DNA of 64,000 bases from an uncultured virus (IMG/VR IMGVR_UViG_3300009151_005798) (taxonomy: Duplodnaviria; Heunggongvirae; Uroviricota; Caudoviricetes): the IMG/VR virus record IMGVR_UViG_3300009151_005798. One strand, given 5' to 3'. Of this stretch, positions 19,576 to 29,247 are shown in pieces (positions within the stretch are counted from its first letter, which is position 1; every line of letters starts with the position of its first letter). The translations under genes and the position numbers were made by a program. Below the pieces are notes generated by a model that worked only from the letters and a program-made list of their open reading frames with translations, made no database searches and was not told where the DNA came from.

Positions 19576-20870
19576 TACAGTTTGCTTTTCAAAATTGGAG
19601 TACAGAACACGACTGGTGGATTCCAAATACTATATCACCCGACATGCTAGTTGATGGTGTTAAAGCTTTGCCGCCAACACATAGTTTCCAATGGTTTGAA
19701 ATACCTGAAGTATTTCACGACCAAATCTTTGGCGCTCACCGAGATGAACTCGAAGCCTTTAATTATCCGGCAAAGCGAGATGAGTTCTTGTACAGCAATG
19801 ATAATGTGCGCTACTCATTACTTTCTACCTTGGATGACAAGAAATACATTTATCCAATTTGCATCAGAAATACCAGTTATTTCAATGATTATAAAAACAT
19901 TGGATTTGATTTAATTGATCCAAAAGTCTTTGCTGATGTTAAAGCTGGCCGTGCTAAAATTGTGTTATTGTTTCCGCTAGAAGGAACCAGCGGAAGTCTT
20001 TCATTTGAAAATGATTATGAGATTTTAAACGGCTGGTGTATCAAGCATGGATTAAAAAGAAATCAAGTATATTACATTCATGGAAATTGTAAAGGACCAA
20101 TATCAAGTGTTAATTTTAATTTTACACCAATTGTAAGTGAGAGTTTTATATGCTGGGTTCCGCAACTATTAGATCAGCCTATCGCATATCGGCCCAGTGA
20201 CAAATTCTTTTTAAGTTATAATCGTAGACCAAGACCACATAGAGTAATATTATTGTGTGAAATAATTAAAAGGAATCTTGTCAGCAAAGGATTAATTAGC
20301 TACTGGGGGGACGATATTAGAGATAGCGTCAGCAGAGTTATTAAACATGGCCGTCCAGATTTAGAACCACAGGCGCTAAATCTGGACAAGTTGATTCCAC
20401 TTGAAATTGATAAAAATTTAGGTCAACATAATCCAGCCTGGGACTTAATCCCAGAGCACTATCAGCAAACATTTCTATCAGTTCTACCTGAGACATTGTT
20501 TGACGTAGGTACAATTTTCTTCAGTGAAAAGACATGGAAAACTATTGTCGCTGGGCACCCGTTTATAATGATAGGTAGTCCAGGAATGTTGAAGGAATTG
20601 CGTAATCAAGGCTACTACACTTTTGGATCTTTCTGGGACGAAAGCTACGACAACGAACCAGACTTGGGGAAACGAATACAAATGGCAATGGACGAATGTT
20701 ACCGATTGTCATTTCTATCCGATGAAAAACTAATGTACTTGCGGGAGCAAATGTTACCAATTCTAATACATAATCAACAATTGTTCAACGAGCGGCATAG
20801 AAAAAAGTGCTTGCCATCTGTTGAGCAAGGACTCTTTACGCTCGTTGAACAGATTTGGAACTTGTTCTAA
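19572..20870 (+). CDS. Hypothetical glycosyltransferase-like protein (paralog of 16175-17491)
   Basis: SYNRRPRPHR, LPETLF, SEKTWK, LRNQGYYTF, DESYD, HN. Confidence 0.55.
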   Translation: MIQFAFQNWSTEHDWWIPNTISPDMLVDGVKALPPTHSFQWFEIPEVFHDQIFGAHRDELEAFNYPAKRDEFLYSNDNVRYSLLSTLDDKKYIYPICIRNTSYFNDYKNIGFDLIDPKVFADVKAGRAKIVLLFPLEGTSGSLSFENDYEILNGWCIKHGLKRNQVYYIHGNCKGPISSVNFNFTPIVSESFICWVPQLLDQPIAYRPSDKFFLSYNRRPRPHRVILLCEIIKRNLVSKGLISYWGDDIRDSVSRVIKHGRPDLEPQALNLDKLIPLEIDKNLGQHNPAWDLIPEHYQQTFLSVLPETLFDVGTIFFSEKTWKTIVAGHPFIMIGSPGMLKELRNQGYYTFGSFWDESYDNEPDLGKRIQMAMDECYRLSFLSDEKLMYLREQMLPILIHNQQLFNERHRKKCLPSVEQGLFTLVEQIWNLF

Positions 20871-20899
20871 TAAATACATACTTAATATTAAGGATAATC

Positions 20900-21544
20900 A
20901 TGTCGGAAATTAAAATGAACATCAACATTCCAGGATGGAATGGCAAAGAGATTCTTTACAAAATTGGAACTTATGCATCACAAGTACCAGAAAATGGTGT
21001 TATAATCGAACTGGGTGCGTTGTTTGGAAGATCAACATATACCATTGGACATAGTAAACATCCTAGTGTTAGATTATTTACAATTGACATTTTTACTAAA
21101 ATTCTATTTAAAAATCATGAACAAGTTGGATTTCATGATGGTAGGACAAGTGGATTAGAAAAAGCAATTATGGAAGCGGAAATTCTAGAAGATCCAAAGC
21201 GTATCAATGGTGATAGCCTGTTTAAATTGTGGAAAATTTATAACCATGACATTCCAAATTTATTTGGACAGCGAGGTAATGCCAGCACAATAGACCCAAC
21301 AACATTACCTTATGCGGATATGATTTTTCACGATGCTGGACACGAATACAATGATATCTATACTGACTTATCGAGATGGTGGCCCCGGGTAAAGCAAGAT
21401 GGTATACTAATCATCGACGACTATGAACCCAGAGATCCGTCATTTGCTGGAATGGTCCAAGGTGTTGACCAATTTGTTGCAGAAAATGACTTAGAAATGG
21501 AAACTTTAACTCCAAGAAATGTATTGTTGAGAAGAAAGAAATGA
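20900..21544 (+). CDS. Class I SAM-dependent methyltransferase (Methyltransf_24-like)
   Basis: IELGALFGRS, DMIFHDAGH, GILIIDDY; AAGGA RBS; TAAATA at 20871. Confidence 0.85.
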   Translation: MSEIKMNINIPGWNGKEILYKIGTYASQVPENGVIIELGALFGRSTYTIGHSKHPSVRLFTIDIFTKILFKNHEQVGFHDGRTSGLEKAIMEAEILEDPKRINGDSLFKLWKIYNHDIPNLFGQRGNASTIDPTTLPYADMIFHDAGHEYNDIYTDLSRWWPRVKQDGILIIDDYEPRDPSFAGMVQGVDQFVAENDLEMETLTPRNVLLRRKK

Positions 21545-22779
21545 AAGTAGCAATGATTGGCTGTGGTAAACTAGGTTTACCATGTGCAGAAGTAATGGCA
21601 GAACACTATGATGTGTGCGGTTATGATATTAATCTGGTAGACCCAACACAGACCGTGGCAATTAAGAGTTCGATAGCCGAGGCTGTAACAGGATGTGATT
21701 TAATATTTGTTGCAGTACCAACACCACATGATCCTGCGTATGGTGGCAGTTCACCAATTACAGATTTGCCACCAAAGAATTTTGATTACAGTATTGTACA
21801 ACATGTCTTGCAAGAGATCAATCCTCATGTGACTCGAGATCAATTGGTAGTGCTAATCAGTACTGTGCTTCCTGGTACAGTCCGAGCACATTTACAGCCG
21901 CTGATTACCAATGCTCGTTTCATTTACAATCCGTATCTTATTGCTATGGGCTCTGTAAAATGGGACATGGTCAATCCCGAGTGCTTGATCATTGGCACCG
22001 AAGATGGCACTCGCACAGGTGATGCAGGACTGCTAATTGACTTCTACAAACCCATCATGGAAAACACGCCACAGATTAATGTAGGTACATGGGACGAGGC
22101 TGAAGCCATTAAGATTTTCTATAACACATTTATTTCAGCCAAGATTGGTCTTGTCAACATGATTCAAGATGTGGCAGAAGCCAATGGTAACATCAATGTG
22201 GATGTAGTTACAGACGCACTAAAGGCCGCAACGCAACGAATTACTGGTCCAAAATATCTCACAGCTGGTATGGGAGATGCAGGTGCTTGCCATCCCAGAG
22301 ATAACATTGCCCTGCGCTGGCTGGCAGAAGAATACGACCTTGGATATGATTTGTTTCATGCGTTCATGGGCAGTAGAGATATGCAGGCCAAGAAGATGGC
22401 CATGCGTTTGGTCAAGTTGGCAGAAGAACATGATATTCCTGTGATCATTCATGGTCGTGCATACAAGCCCTATGTTCCTTACACCATTGGAAGCTATAGT
22501 GAATTGGTTGGTTACTATGTTGAACAACAAAATGTTCAGTTGTATTATGCTGACCCATTGACAGGAGATGTTATTTTTGGGTCGCCAAGAGCAGTAGTAT
22601 TAATGGCACACAATGCTGGCATTACCTATGCTGGTACTGGTGTAGAGATTACAAAAGACAGTTTCTACTTTGATATTACACCAGGTAGTGTCATTGTTGA
22701 TCCGTGGCGCACATTACCAGACATGCCGGGCATGACTGTGATACATTACGGCAACCCTAGAAAATCAACAAGTCGTTGA
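21541..22779 (+). CDS. UDP-glucose/GDP-mannose dehydrogenase family protein
   Basis: GCGKLG Rossmann motif, FVAVPTP, STVLPGT, AEAIKIFYN, GACHPRD with catalytic Cys. Confidence 0.88.
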   Translation: MKVAMIGCGKLGLPCAEVMAEHYDVCGYDINLVDPTQTVAIKSSIAEAVTGCDLIFVAVPTPHDPAYGGSSPITDLPPKNFDYSIVQHVLQEINPHVTRDQLVVLISTVLPGTVRAHLQPLITNARFIYNPYLIAMGSVKWDMVNPECLIIGTEDGTRTGDAGLLIDFYKPIMENTPQINVGTWDEAEAIKIFYNTFISAKIGLVNMIQDVAEANGNINVDVVTDALKAATQRITGPKYLTAGMGDAGACHPRDNIALRWLAEEYDLGYDLFHAFMGSRDMQAKKMAMRLVKLAEEHDIPVIIHGRAYKPYVPYTIGSYSELVGYYVEQQNVQLYYADPLTGDVIFGSPRAVVLMAHNAGITYAGTGVEITKDSFYFDITPGSVIVDPWRTLPDMPGMTVIHYGNPRKSTSR

Positions 22780-23654
22780 ACAATACTGTCAACTGGTAAA
22801 ATCTCAGTTATATCATTGATGCCCTTACCGGCAAATATGTGACCTGATTCAGGATTTTTTATACCAGCAAGTAAACCCTTGGTGTTGTTATAGTTGTCAT
22901 TCAATGTTGAGGAAAATACCAACGCATTTTGTGTTGCACCTGTGCTCAACTGTGTAATGTTTTCAGATGAGGCTTCTACCATCTTTAACTTAGTTTCGTA
23001 AGATACTGAACTTTCAACGGATGCGGCAAATAGTGTGCCAATACCAACGGCCACGGCGCCTTTATCTAAAAATGATTTGACTTGTGCGCTTGTGCCAATG
23101 CCACCAGAAACAATAATTGGCAGGTTGGGAAACTTATTGCGAACTTTTTCAAATAGTATTTCTAAATTATTAGTACCTCGGCCAGCGCCGTCATTGCCCT
23201 TTAGTATAACTCCGTCGATATCATCTATTACATGTTCCACTGATAGCACCTTAACAAATACCAATGCCCCATTACTACGAACCTCATCAATTGCCAGCGC
23301 AAGCTGATCGTTGCGAAATTGAGATAGTGGTGTTTCACCGTATGAGTCTGGTATTAGTTCAATCAGTCCGACTTGTTCTTCTACAATTACTTTTTGAAAT
23401 CGTTTATCTATTAACTCAGATACACTAACACTTAGAAGAATATTGCAGTCTCCGGTTGCTAATTTGTATCTAACTAACGCAGACCTTAATAGATTATCAT
23501 CAATGTAATCAGGTCCTGTAAAATAGTTAAAAATAGAGAGACTTGGAATTGCACCAGCTTTACTAACAGCAATGGCAAGATTAACATCGCTAACTTTGTT
23601 CATTGCCATTGCAATTATTGGGTACTTTGACCCTAATAGGTTTTGGCTTGTCAT
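22746..23654 (-). CDS. Nitronate monooxygenase / FabK-like FMN oxidoreductase
   Basis: KYPIIAMAM, LAIAVSKAGA, SGGIG, GAVAVGIGTLFAASVES, FAGKG. Confidence 0.8.
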   Translation of the reverse strand: MTSQNLLGSKYPIIAMAMNKVSDVNLAIAVSKAGAIPSLSIFNYFTGPDYIDDNLLRSALVRYKLATGDCNILLSVSVSELIDKRFQKVIVEEQVGLIELIPDSYGETPLSQFRNDQLALAIDEVRSNGALVFVKVLSVEHVIDDIDGVILKGNDGAGRGTNNLEILFEKVRNKFPNLPIIVSGGIGTSAQVKSFLDKGAVAVGIGTLFAASVESSVSYETKLKMVEASSENITQLSTGATQNALVFSSTLNDNYNNTKGLLAGIKNPESGHIFAGKGINDITEILPVDSIVQRLVDFLGLP

Positions 23655-23659
23655 GCAAT

Positions 23660-23676
23660 TACTTAACCATTAAATA
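23660..23676. promoter_or_regulatory. Back-to-back late-type boxes for divergent genes
   Basis: TAAGTA on minus (23660-65) 5 nt from ATG 23654; TAAATA on plus (23671-76) 7 nt from ATG 23684. Confidence 0.55.
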
Positions 23677-23683
23677 TCCGTAG

Positions 23684-24856
23684 ATGACCCCTAACTTAAT
23701 TTTACCGCATCAGAGCAAAGATAAATTTGGATTCTATCAGGTAGGCGACTTCAAAACCTACAGTAAGGTAGAAGCAATTGAGCTGGCCAATAAGACCGGT
23801 AACAAAGTACATTGGAATTTTAATGATGCCGAATTTACAAATTTTGATTGGACCATTGAGCCACCTGTTTCTTTAAAACAATTGTATCAAGCCCGTGCTA
23901 GGCAAATCAGAGAACGCTACGACTACATTGTGCTTTGGTGGTCAGGTGGCGCAGATAGTTACACCATGCTTCGTGCATTTGTTGATGAAGGATTATTTGT
24001 AGATGAACTTGCTACATTCCATAATATGGGCGGAGATGGTTCATGGGACACATATCTCAACAGTGAAGTAAAACAAGTGGCCATTCCCGTGGCAGAAAAG
24101 ATACTAGAGTCTAGTCCAAATACAAAGTTCCGCTTGGTGGACCATTTGGATTATCAAGCAGACCTGTTTGACAAAGACGATAACAAATTTGATTTTATCT
24201 ATAAAGCAAATGCTGTGTTTAGTCCAAACCAACAGTCTCGCAGATATATTAGAGAAAAAGAAAAAGACTACTTAGACCTGTTTGCTCAGGGAAAACGAGT
24301 ATGCTTTGTATGGGGTATGGACAAGCCAAGGGTAACCAATATCAATGGAAAATTTGCCATTCAATTTGTTGACATTGTTGACAATTCGGTTAATCCGTTG
24401 ACGCAAACGCTAGACCGACCTTGGGAGAACGATGAGTTCTTTTTCTGGAGTCCAGACGCTAGAGAATTACTAAGCAAGCAAGGACACATTGTCAAGCGTT
24501 ACTTGAACAACATACCAGATGTTGATTTAAACAGTAGATGGGTCAGCAGAAAAAGCAATGCGCTAGGACATGTTAAAAAAAATGGAATTACCTGGTTTCT
24601 TACCAATGATGGATTACATCGATTAGTTTATCCAGATTGGAGCCCGGACACATATACCAGTGGCAAGCATGATTTTTTATTAATGTGGAGTCCTAGAGAC
24701 GAGTGGTTCCTTAAAGACACCAATGCAGTACATACACAAGTATACCGAGCTGGCTTGGAAAAGCTTGCAGAAGTAGTTGGTTCTAACTGGATCAAGATTG
24801 GTGGTATCACTAGGGGACTAACCAATTGTCAAAGCTTACCCTTATTTTTGGAATAA
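23684..24856 (+). CDS. PP-loop (adenine nucleotide alpha hydrolase superfamily) protein
   Basis: RARQIRERYDYIVLWWSGGADS; GMDKP; E.FFWSPD. Confidence 0.65.
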   Translation: MTPNLILPHQSKDKFGFYQVGDFKTYSKVEAIELANKTGNKVHWNFNDAEFTNFDWTIEPPVSLKQLYQARARQIRERYDYIVLWWSGGADSYTMLRAFVDEGLFVDELATFHNMGGDGSWDTYLNSEVKQVAIPVAEKILESSPNTKFRLVDHLDYQADLFDKDDNKFDFIYKANAVFSPNQQSRRYIREKEKDYLDLFAQGKRVCFVWGMDKPRVTNINGKFAIQFVDIVDNSVNPLTQTLDRPWENDEFFFWSPDARELLSKQGHIVKRYLNNIPDVDLNSRWVSRKSNALGHVKKNGITWFLTNDGLHRLVYPDWSPDTYTSGKHDFLLMWSPRDEWFLKDTNAVHTQVYRAGLEKLAEVVGSNWIKIGGITRGLTNCQSLPLFLE

Positions 24857-24857
24857 C

Positions 24858-25460
24858 ATGGAAAATATATTTGCACTTAGAAAAAATTATGCACAAGATG
24901 CACAACAGATTATGGATTGGTTCCCAGTCATTGTCAATGATTTAAAATCATCAAAACTTGGATTGGCCAGAAATGAATCTTTATTAAGACACATTAGGCA
25001 AACTCCGGGATTAATTGATACTGTAGATTTTATGAATGACATATATGACAAACTTGAATTGTCGGCGGCCTATATTGCGTTGTGTCGTATCAAACCATTT
25101 ATAGTAACTGTACCAATTCTTGCCAAGGCTCGTACAGATACATTTGATCCAACAAAAGACCGACAATTTGATGCCACAGTTCCTAATAGAAAATGTAGGC
25201 TACATATACCAGTAGCCGCACATAATAATTTACAAGTACAGTGGATAGATCCAACAGAAAATATTACAGATGAAAATTTTTTTAACGGACCGTTTAGAAC
25301 TGTTGGTAGTGAATTAGTTCCCGACTCGGCTTATCTAATTGCACCAGGGCCGTACAGATATATCAATACAGAAAACTTAGAGCATATATACTATGTTGAG
25401 GTTGGGTTTGAAAATAATCCAGACTTCGAGGAAATAAAAGGAAAATTTAATTCTTTATGA
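24858..25460 (+). CDS. Hypothetical protein, possible degenerate cupin
   Basis: Full ORF in the operon; CRLHIPV resembles the RLHIAV/ALNLPI strand of the other oxygenase-like ORFs. Confidence 0.5.
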   Translation: MENIFALRKNYAQDAQQIMDWFPVIVNDLKSSKLGLARNESLLRHIRQTPGLIDTVDFMNDIYDKLELSAAYIALCRIKPFIVTVPILAKARTDTFDPTKDRQFDATVPNRKCRLHIPVAAHNNLQVQWIDPTENITDENFFNGPFRTVGSELVPDSAYLIAPGPYRYINTENLEHIYYVEVGFENNPDFEEIKGKFNSL

Positions 25461-26224
25461 AAATAGTTTTAGTCACTGGAGGATTTGATCCTGTACACAG
25501 TGGGCATATTGCCTACTTCAAGACTGCAAGAACCCTGGGTGACATGTTAATTGTTGGTCTCAACAGTGATGAATGGTTAGAACGCAAAAAAGGTCAGGCA
25601 TTCATGACATGGAACGAACGATTATGTATCGTTAACAATTTGAGCATGGTAGATGAAGTTTATACCTTTGACGATGCCGATGATTCAGCTAGACACTTTA
25701 TCCAACAAGCAAGAGCACATTATCCCAATGCTGAATTGATATTTGCCAACGGTGGCGATAGGACCAAAGATAATATTCCAGAAATGGATGTTGTAGATTC
25801 TAATTTATCATTTGTATTTGGCGTTGGTGGCACAGACAAAAAGAACAGCAGTAGTTGGATCTTAGAAGAATGGAAGAGCCCAAAAACACAACGGCCTTGG
25901 GGCTACTATCGTGTATTATATGAAGATGATGTCATGTTTCATACCAAGGTCAAAGAGCTGACTGTGATGCCTGGCCAAAGTCTAAGCATGCAACGCCATG
26001 CCTTTAGAAAAGAGTTTTGGCATGTGGCTCAGGGCATGTGTGATGTAACTGCTCGCATGCCATCTGGTTATCAAATGCCTCCTAGAACTCTTAGAGTGCA
26101 TGACCGAATAGACATACTGGAGAATGAATGGCATCAACTTAGCAATCCATACTCAGGACCATGTAAGGTTGTAGAGATACAGTACGGATCAAGTTGCAAC
26201 GAAGAAGATATTGAACGTCAATAA
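25457..26224 (+). CDS. Cytidylyltransferase fused to a type II mannose-6-phosphate isomerase-like cupin
   Basis: TGGFDPVHSGH, VGLNSD, FANGGDR, NSSS; then RPWG.Y, SLSMQRH..R.E.WHV, EIQYG...EEDIER. Confidence 0.88.
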   Translation: MKIVLVTGGFDPVHSGHIAYFKTARTLGDMLIVGLNSDEWLERKKGQAFMTWNERLCIVNNLSMVDEVYTFDDADDSARHFIQQARAHYPNAELIFANGGDRTKDNIPEMDVVDSNLSFVFGVGGTDKKNSSSWILEEWKSPKTQRPWGYYRVLYEDDVMFHTKVKELTVMPGQSLSMQRHAFRKEFWHVAQGMCDVTARMPSGYQMPPRTLRVHDRIDILENEWHQLSNPYSGPCKVVEIQYGSSCNEEDIERQ

Positions 26225-26225
26225 C

Positions 26226-26254
26226 TTGACCTGTGGGTTTATATGCTGTATACT
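26226..26254 (+). promoter_or_regulatory. sigma70-type promoter
   Basis: TTGACC-17 nt-TATACT. Confidence 0.65.
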
Positions 26255-26287
26255 TGTACTGTAGATTACAACTCACAGGAGAAATAA

Positions 26288-26539
26288 ATGAGCTTTACCC
26301 CAGAACAAATTGCCAAACTTACCAAAGTGATCCAAGAAGGTGTCCAAGTCAAACGAGAAATTGATGACCTTAGTGTGGGCCTAAAGGAAACAGTTGCCGC
26401 CATTGCTGAAGAAATGGAAATTAAACCAGCTGTCCTTACCAAAGCAATTACCAAGGCCTTCAAAGGCGACTTTGACAAAGACCAAAGCGACTTGGAAGCT
26501 GTTGAAGAAATTCTAATTGTAACTAAAAACAAACAGTAA
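26288..26539 (+). CDS. Small dsDNA-binding protein-like (T4 DsbA/GapR-like coiled coil)
   Basis: AGGAG RBS; helical pattern EIDDL..GLKETVAAIAEE.EIKP..L.K. Confidence 0.55.
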   Translation: MSFTPEQIAKLTKVIQEGVQVKREIDDLSVGLKETVAAIAEEMEIKPAVLTKAITKAFKGDFDKDQSDLEAVEEILIVTKNKQ

Positions 26540-26826
26540 TGAAAAAGTTACTTGCCAGTGTAAGAGATTACATTCGCGAGGATTGGCAAGAAAATCCAGT
26601 AAGATGTGTGCTGGAAATTCTCGCTTGGTTCCTAAGCATTGGTTGTGCTTTTACAATGATGCTTACAGTTCCTAATCCTCCGTTTTTAATTCTGTATCCC
26701 CTGTTCATAACCCAGTGTGCTATTTTTGCATGGGCCAGTAAAACTAGAGGAAGCACCGGCATGTTGGCCAACTATACTTTGCTGGTCACTATTGATACCA
26801 TAGCACTAATTAGAATGTGGATGTGA
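26539..26826 (+). CDS. Small membrane protein
   Basis: Three hydrophobic segments; TAATG overlap. Confidence 0.65.
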   Translation: MKKLLASVRDYIREDWQENPVRCVLEILAWFLSIGCAFTMMLTVPNPPFLILYPLFITQCAIFAWASKTRGSTGMLANYTLLVTIDTIALIRMWM

Positions 26827-27116
26827 TGCAGGTTCGAAAACTTGACAAGCGATACTCGGGCTATCCGTATTTCAAGTATTTTGTCGAGTTGAGCCAAAGC
26901 AATGAAGTTAACTTTCATAATGTGAGAGCCTGGTGCTGGAACACATGGGGTGCTAGTAAGGGCTTTAAAGATTGGGAATGGCATGAAAGAACTCCCACCC
27001 CACATGATGTTTGTCAAAATTCCAACTGGTGTTGGGTTGACGATCAATACCGAAATCGTATCTTGTTCAAAGGAAAAGAAGATGCGGCACTTTTTAAATT
27101 GTATCACGGTGCGTAA
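26826..27116 (+). CDS. Small paralog-family protein
   Basis: VRAWCWNTWG...ILFKGKEDAALFKL. Confidence 0.7.
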   Translation: MQVRKLDKRYSGYPYFKYFVELSQSNEVNFHNVRAWCWNTWGASKGFKDWEWHERTPTPHDVCQNSNWCWVDDQYRNRILFKGKEDAALFKLYHGA

Positions 27117-27409
27117 TGAAACAACAAATATCAGTTCATCACTGGCGGTATGAAGATGGATGGCATGACATTCCTTATGTACTACTAAAGGATAAGAAGC
27201 AACCTCAGAAAGAGTTCCGTGAAGAAATTGTGGGCTGGCATTGCTGGGTCTATTGCAATGATCATCGAGAGTTCACAAATTGGATGGAAGCACATTGCCC
27301 TACCGCAGACTGTACTCCCAGATTTAATTCAGGTGATCCAATGATCACTGTTAACATTACCAGCAAGGATGAGGCGGCATACTTTATGCTAAACTTCAAT
27401 GTATTTTAA
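27116..27409 (+). CDS. Small paralog-family protein
   Basis: FTNWMEAHCP...ITSKDEAAYFML. Confidence 0.7.
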   Translation: MKQQISVHHWRYEDGWHDIPYVLLKDKKQPQKEFREEIVGWHCWVYCNDHREFTNWMEAHCPTADCTPRFNSGDPMITVNITSKDEAAYFMLNFNVF

Positions 27410-27677
27410 CAGTCTGTACATTGGCGATGTTGACCTCGATGCATTGTTAAATTGGTTGTGCGAAAACATTAGCGGATTAGTAATGACCACTCGCAACGAG
27501 TATTCGTATCACAACATGTATCATGGTGACAATGATTTATGGATTATGTCGACCAGTGATGTTAGTGATGTAAGAGGTAGTCACTGGGACGAAATGACAC
27601 AATTACAATTTAAAAACAAAGAAGATTTATTTTTGTGTAAGTTAACTTGGGGCGGTGCGGTTGCTGAACAGATATAA
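27399..27677 (+). CDS. Small paralog-family protein
   Basis: LLNWLCENI...LQFKNKEDLFLCKLTWG. Confidence 0.7.
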   Translation: MYFNSLYIGDVDLDALLNWLCENISGLVMTTRNEYSYHNMYHGDNDLWIMSTSDVSDVRGSHWDEMTQLQFKNKEDLFLCKLTWGGAVAEQI

Positions 27678-27689
27678 ATCTGTTATAAT
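27661..27689 (+). promoter_or_regulatory. sigma70-type promoter
   Basis: TTGCTG-17 nt-TATAAT with extended TG. Confidence 0.55.
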
Positions 27690-27713
27690 ATTTTGATTGT
27701 TCAAAGGAGAAAA

Positions 27714-28076
27714 ATGAACTATTGGGGTTACCACTTAATTTTAGATTGCGGGCGGTGCAATCCGGATCAAATGAAAGACTTTGACAATGTTGATACCTGG
27801 ATCCGCCAGTTAGTCAAGGACATCAACATGGAGCCAATTGGTGAGCCCAGGATTGAATACACCGCAGGAGAATTTCCTGATAAGGCTGGCTTTACAGTGG
27901 TTCAAGTAATTGTTACCAGTAGTATTGTTGCTCACTTTGTAGATAATCTACAACAGATCTATCTTGATGTTTTTAGTTGTAAAGAATTTGATACAGCCAT
28001 TGTTGAAGCCAGCATAAAGAAACACTTTGGTGTTGGTTCAATTAGAAAATACTTTTTAACAAGACAAGCAGATTAA
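27714..28076 (+). CDS. speD: S-adenosylmethionine decarboxylase-like (pyruvoyl-dependent) proenzyme
   Basis: WGYHLILD, G.T.VQVIVTSSIVAHF, YLDVFSCK.FD; AAGGAG RBS. Confidence 0.75.
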   Translation: MNYWGYHLILDCGRCNPDQMKDFDNVDTWIRQLVKDINMEPIGEPRIEYTAGEFPDKAGFTVVQVIVTSSIVAHFVDNLQQIYLDVFSCKEFDTAIVEASIKKHFGVGSIRKYFLTRQAD

Positions 28077-28330
28077 TGGACGACGAAAATTGGGGAGTAC
28101 AAATTACTAAGAGTTGGCGGCATGGTTCTCTTTGGTGTTTCTGGTGCTTTCCTTATTTTATTGATCCTGCTCCAGTTCCATATCCAGGATTTGAATATCT
28201 TAAAATATGGTTGAATATGAATTGTCCAAGTGCGGTGTACGAAGTAAGATACAATAATGGTTCTCCAAAGTTGGAAGTTACTTTTAACGATGAAGAAGAA
28301 GCATTGCTATTTAGGATGACATACTCGTGA
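28076..28330 (+). CDS. Small paralog-family protein
   Basis: LKIWLNMNCP...VTFNDEEEALLFRMTY. Confidence 0.7.
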   Translation: MDDENWGVQITKSWRHGSLWCFWCFPYFIDPAPVPYPGFEYLKIWLNMNCPSAVYEVRYNNGSPKLEVTFNDEEEALLFRMTYS

Positions 28331-28605
28331 TAGTTAAAACAGCAATCCAACAACAATGGAATATTGTGTTTCCTAATTCTGGTCCAGGTTATACTGTTTT
28401 GGCAATGGTTGACATAGACAACAAAAAGTGGTATACTATACATGTGAGCAAGGATATTGCTACTTGGACCAGAACACAATCTCAGGACCAATGGTATGAA
28501 CATCCTTATGAACAACCTACTCGCTACAATTTTCATGAGCCATCATCTGCAAAATTTGATGTACATTGTGAATTGTTAGCAATTTTAAAACTGACATGGG
28601 GCTAA
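28327..28605 (+). CDS. Small protein, divergent member of the paralog family
   Basis: GTGA overlap; IATWTRTQ...ELLAILKLTWG. Confidence 0.6.
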   Translation: MIVKTAIQQQWNIVFPNSGPGYTVLAMVDIDNKKWYTIHVSKDIATWTRTQSQDQWYEHPYEQPTRYNFHEPSSAKFDVHCELLAILKLTWG

Positions 28606-28606
28606 T

Positions 28607-29026
28607 ATGAACATTGTTGTACATTCAAAAAGTGCAGGCAAACAGGCCTTGGTTAACGCAACAGCACATCTTTATAAACAAGAACTTAAAATTTCCAACA
28701 GCACTTATACTGTAGAGATTCAGTTTAAGAAAGGTCTAGCAAATGTTGACGGTATGAAAGGTAGCGTATGTGAGATTGCCCCCAAGCATATTCTAATGCT
28801 ACTGGATGCGGATTTAAAACAAGAACGACTGTTTGAGACTCTGGCGCATGAAATGGTTCATGTAAAACAATATGCCAAAGGGCAGTACAAGACCATCCGT
28901 ACAAAAAGATTTTGGATGGGTAGTCATGTTAAGGCCGACTACTTTGACCAACCTTGGGAACGAGAGGCAATGAGTAAAGAAAAGTTGCTGGCTGGTAAAG
29001 TTTATGCTATACTTGCTAAAGCATGA
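28607..29026 (+). CDS. HExxH zinc metallopeptidase-like protein
   Basis: TLAHEMVHVKQ...Y..QPWEREA. Confidence 0.75.
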   Translation: MNIVVHSKSAGKQALVNATAHLYKQELKISNSTYTVEIQFKKGLANVDGMKGSVCEIAPKHILMLLDADLKQERLFETLAHEMVHVKQYAKGQYKTIRTKRFWMGSHVKADYFDQPWEREAMSKEKLLAGKVYAILAKA

Positions 29027-29247
29027 GAAGTGCGTTGAGTGGTTGGTATGTGGCCAGTATTATGGCGCCGGTTGACGAAACAGTCAATGGCAAATACCGG
29101 TACCAAGGATGGACACCTTGTATTGAATGGTGCAACAAACAGTTTGGTGACAAGGTCACTGATGGCTGGAATTTTAAAGGTGACGGCATCTTTGAATTTA
29201 GAGAACAAGCAGACTACCTGCTGTTTACGCTGACATGGGGTAAATGA
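29023..29247 (+). CDS. Small paralog-family protein
   Basis: CIEWCNKQFG...FEFREQADYLLFTLTWG. Confidence 0.7.
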   Translation: MRSALSGWYVASIMAPVDETVNGKYRYQGWTPCIEWCNKQFGDKVTDGWNFKGDGIFEFREQADYLLFTLTWGK

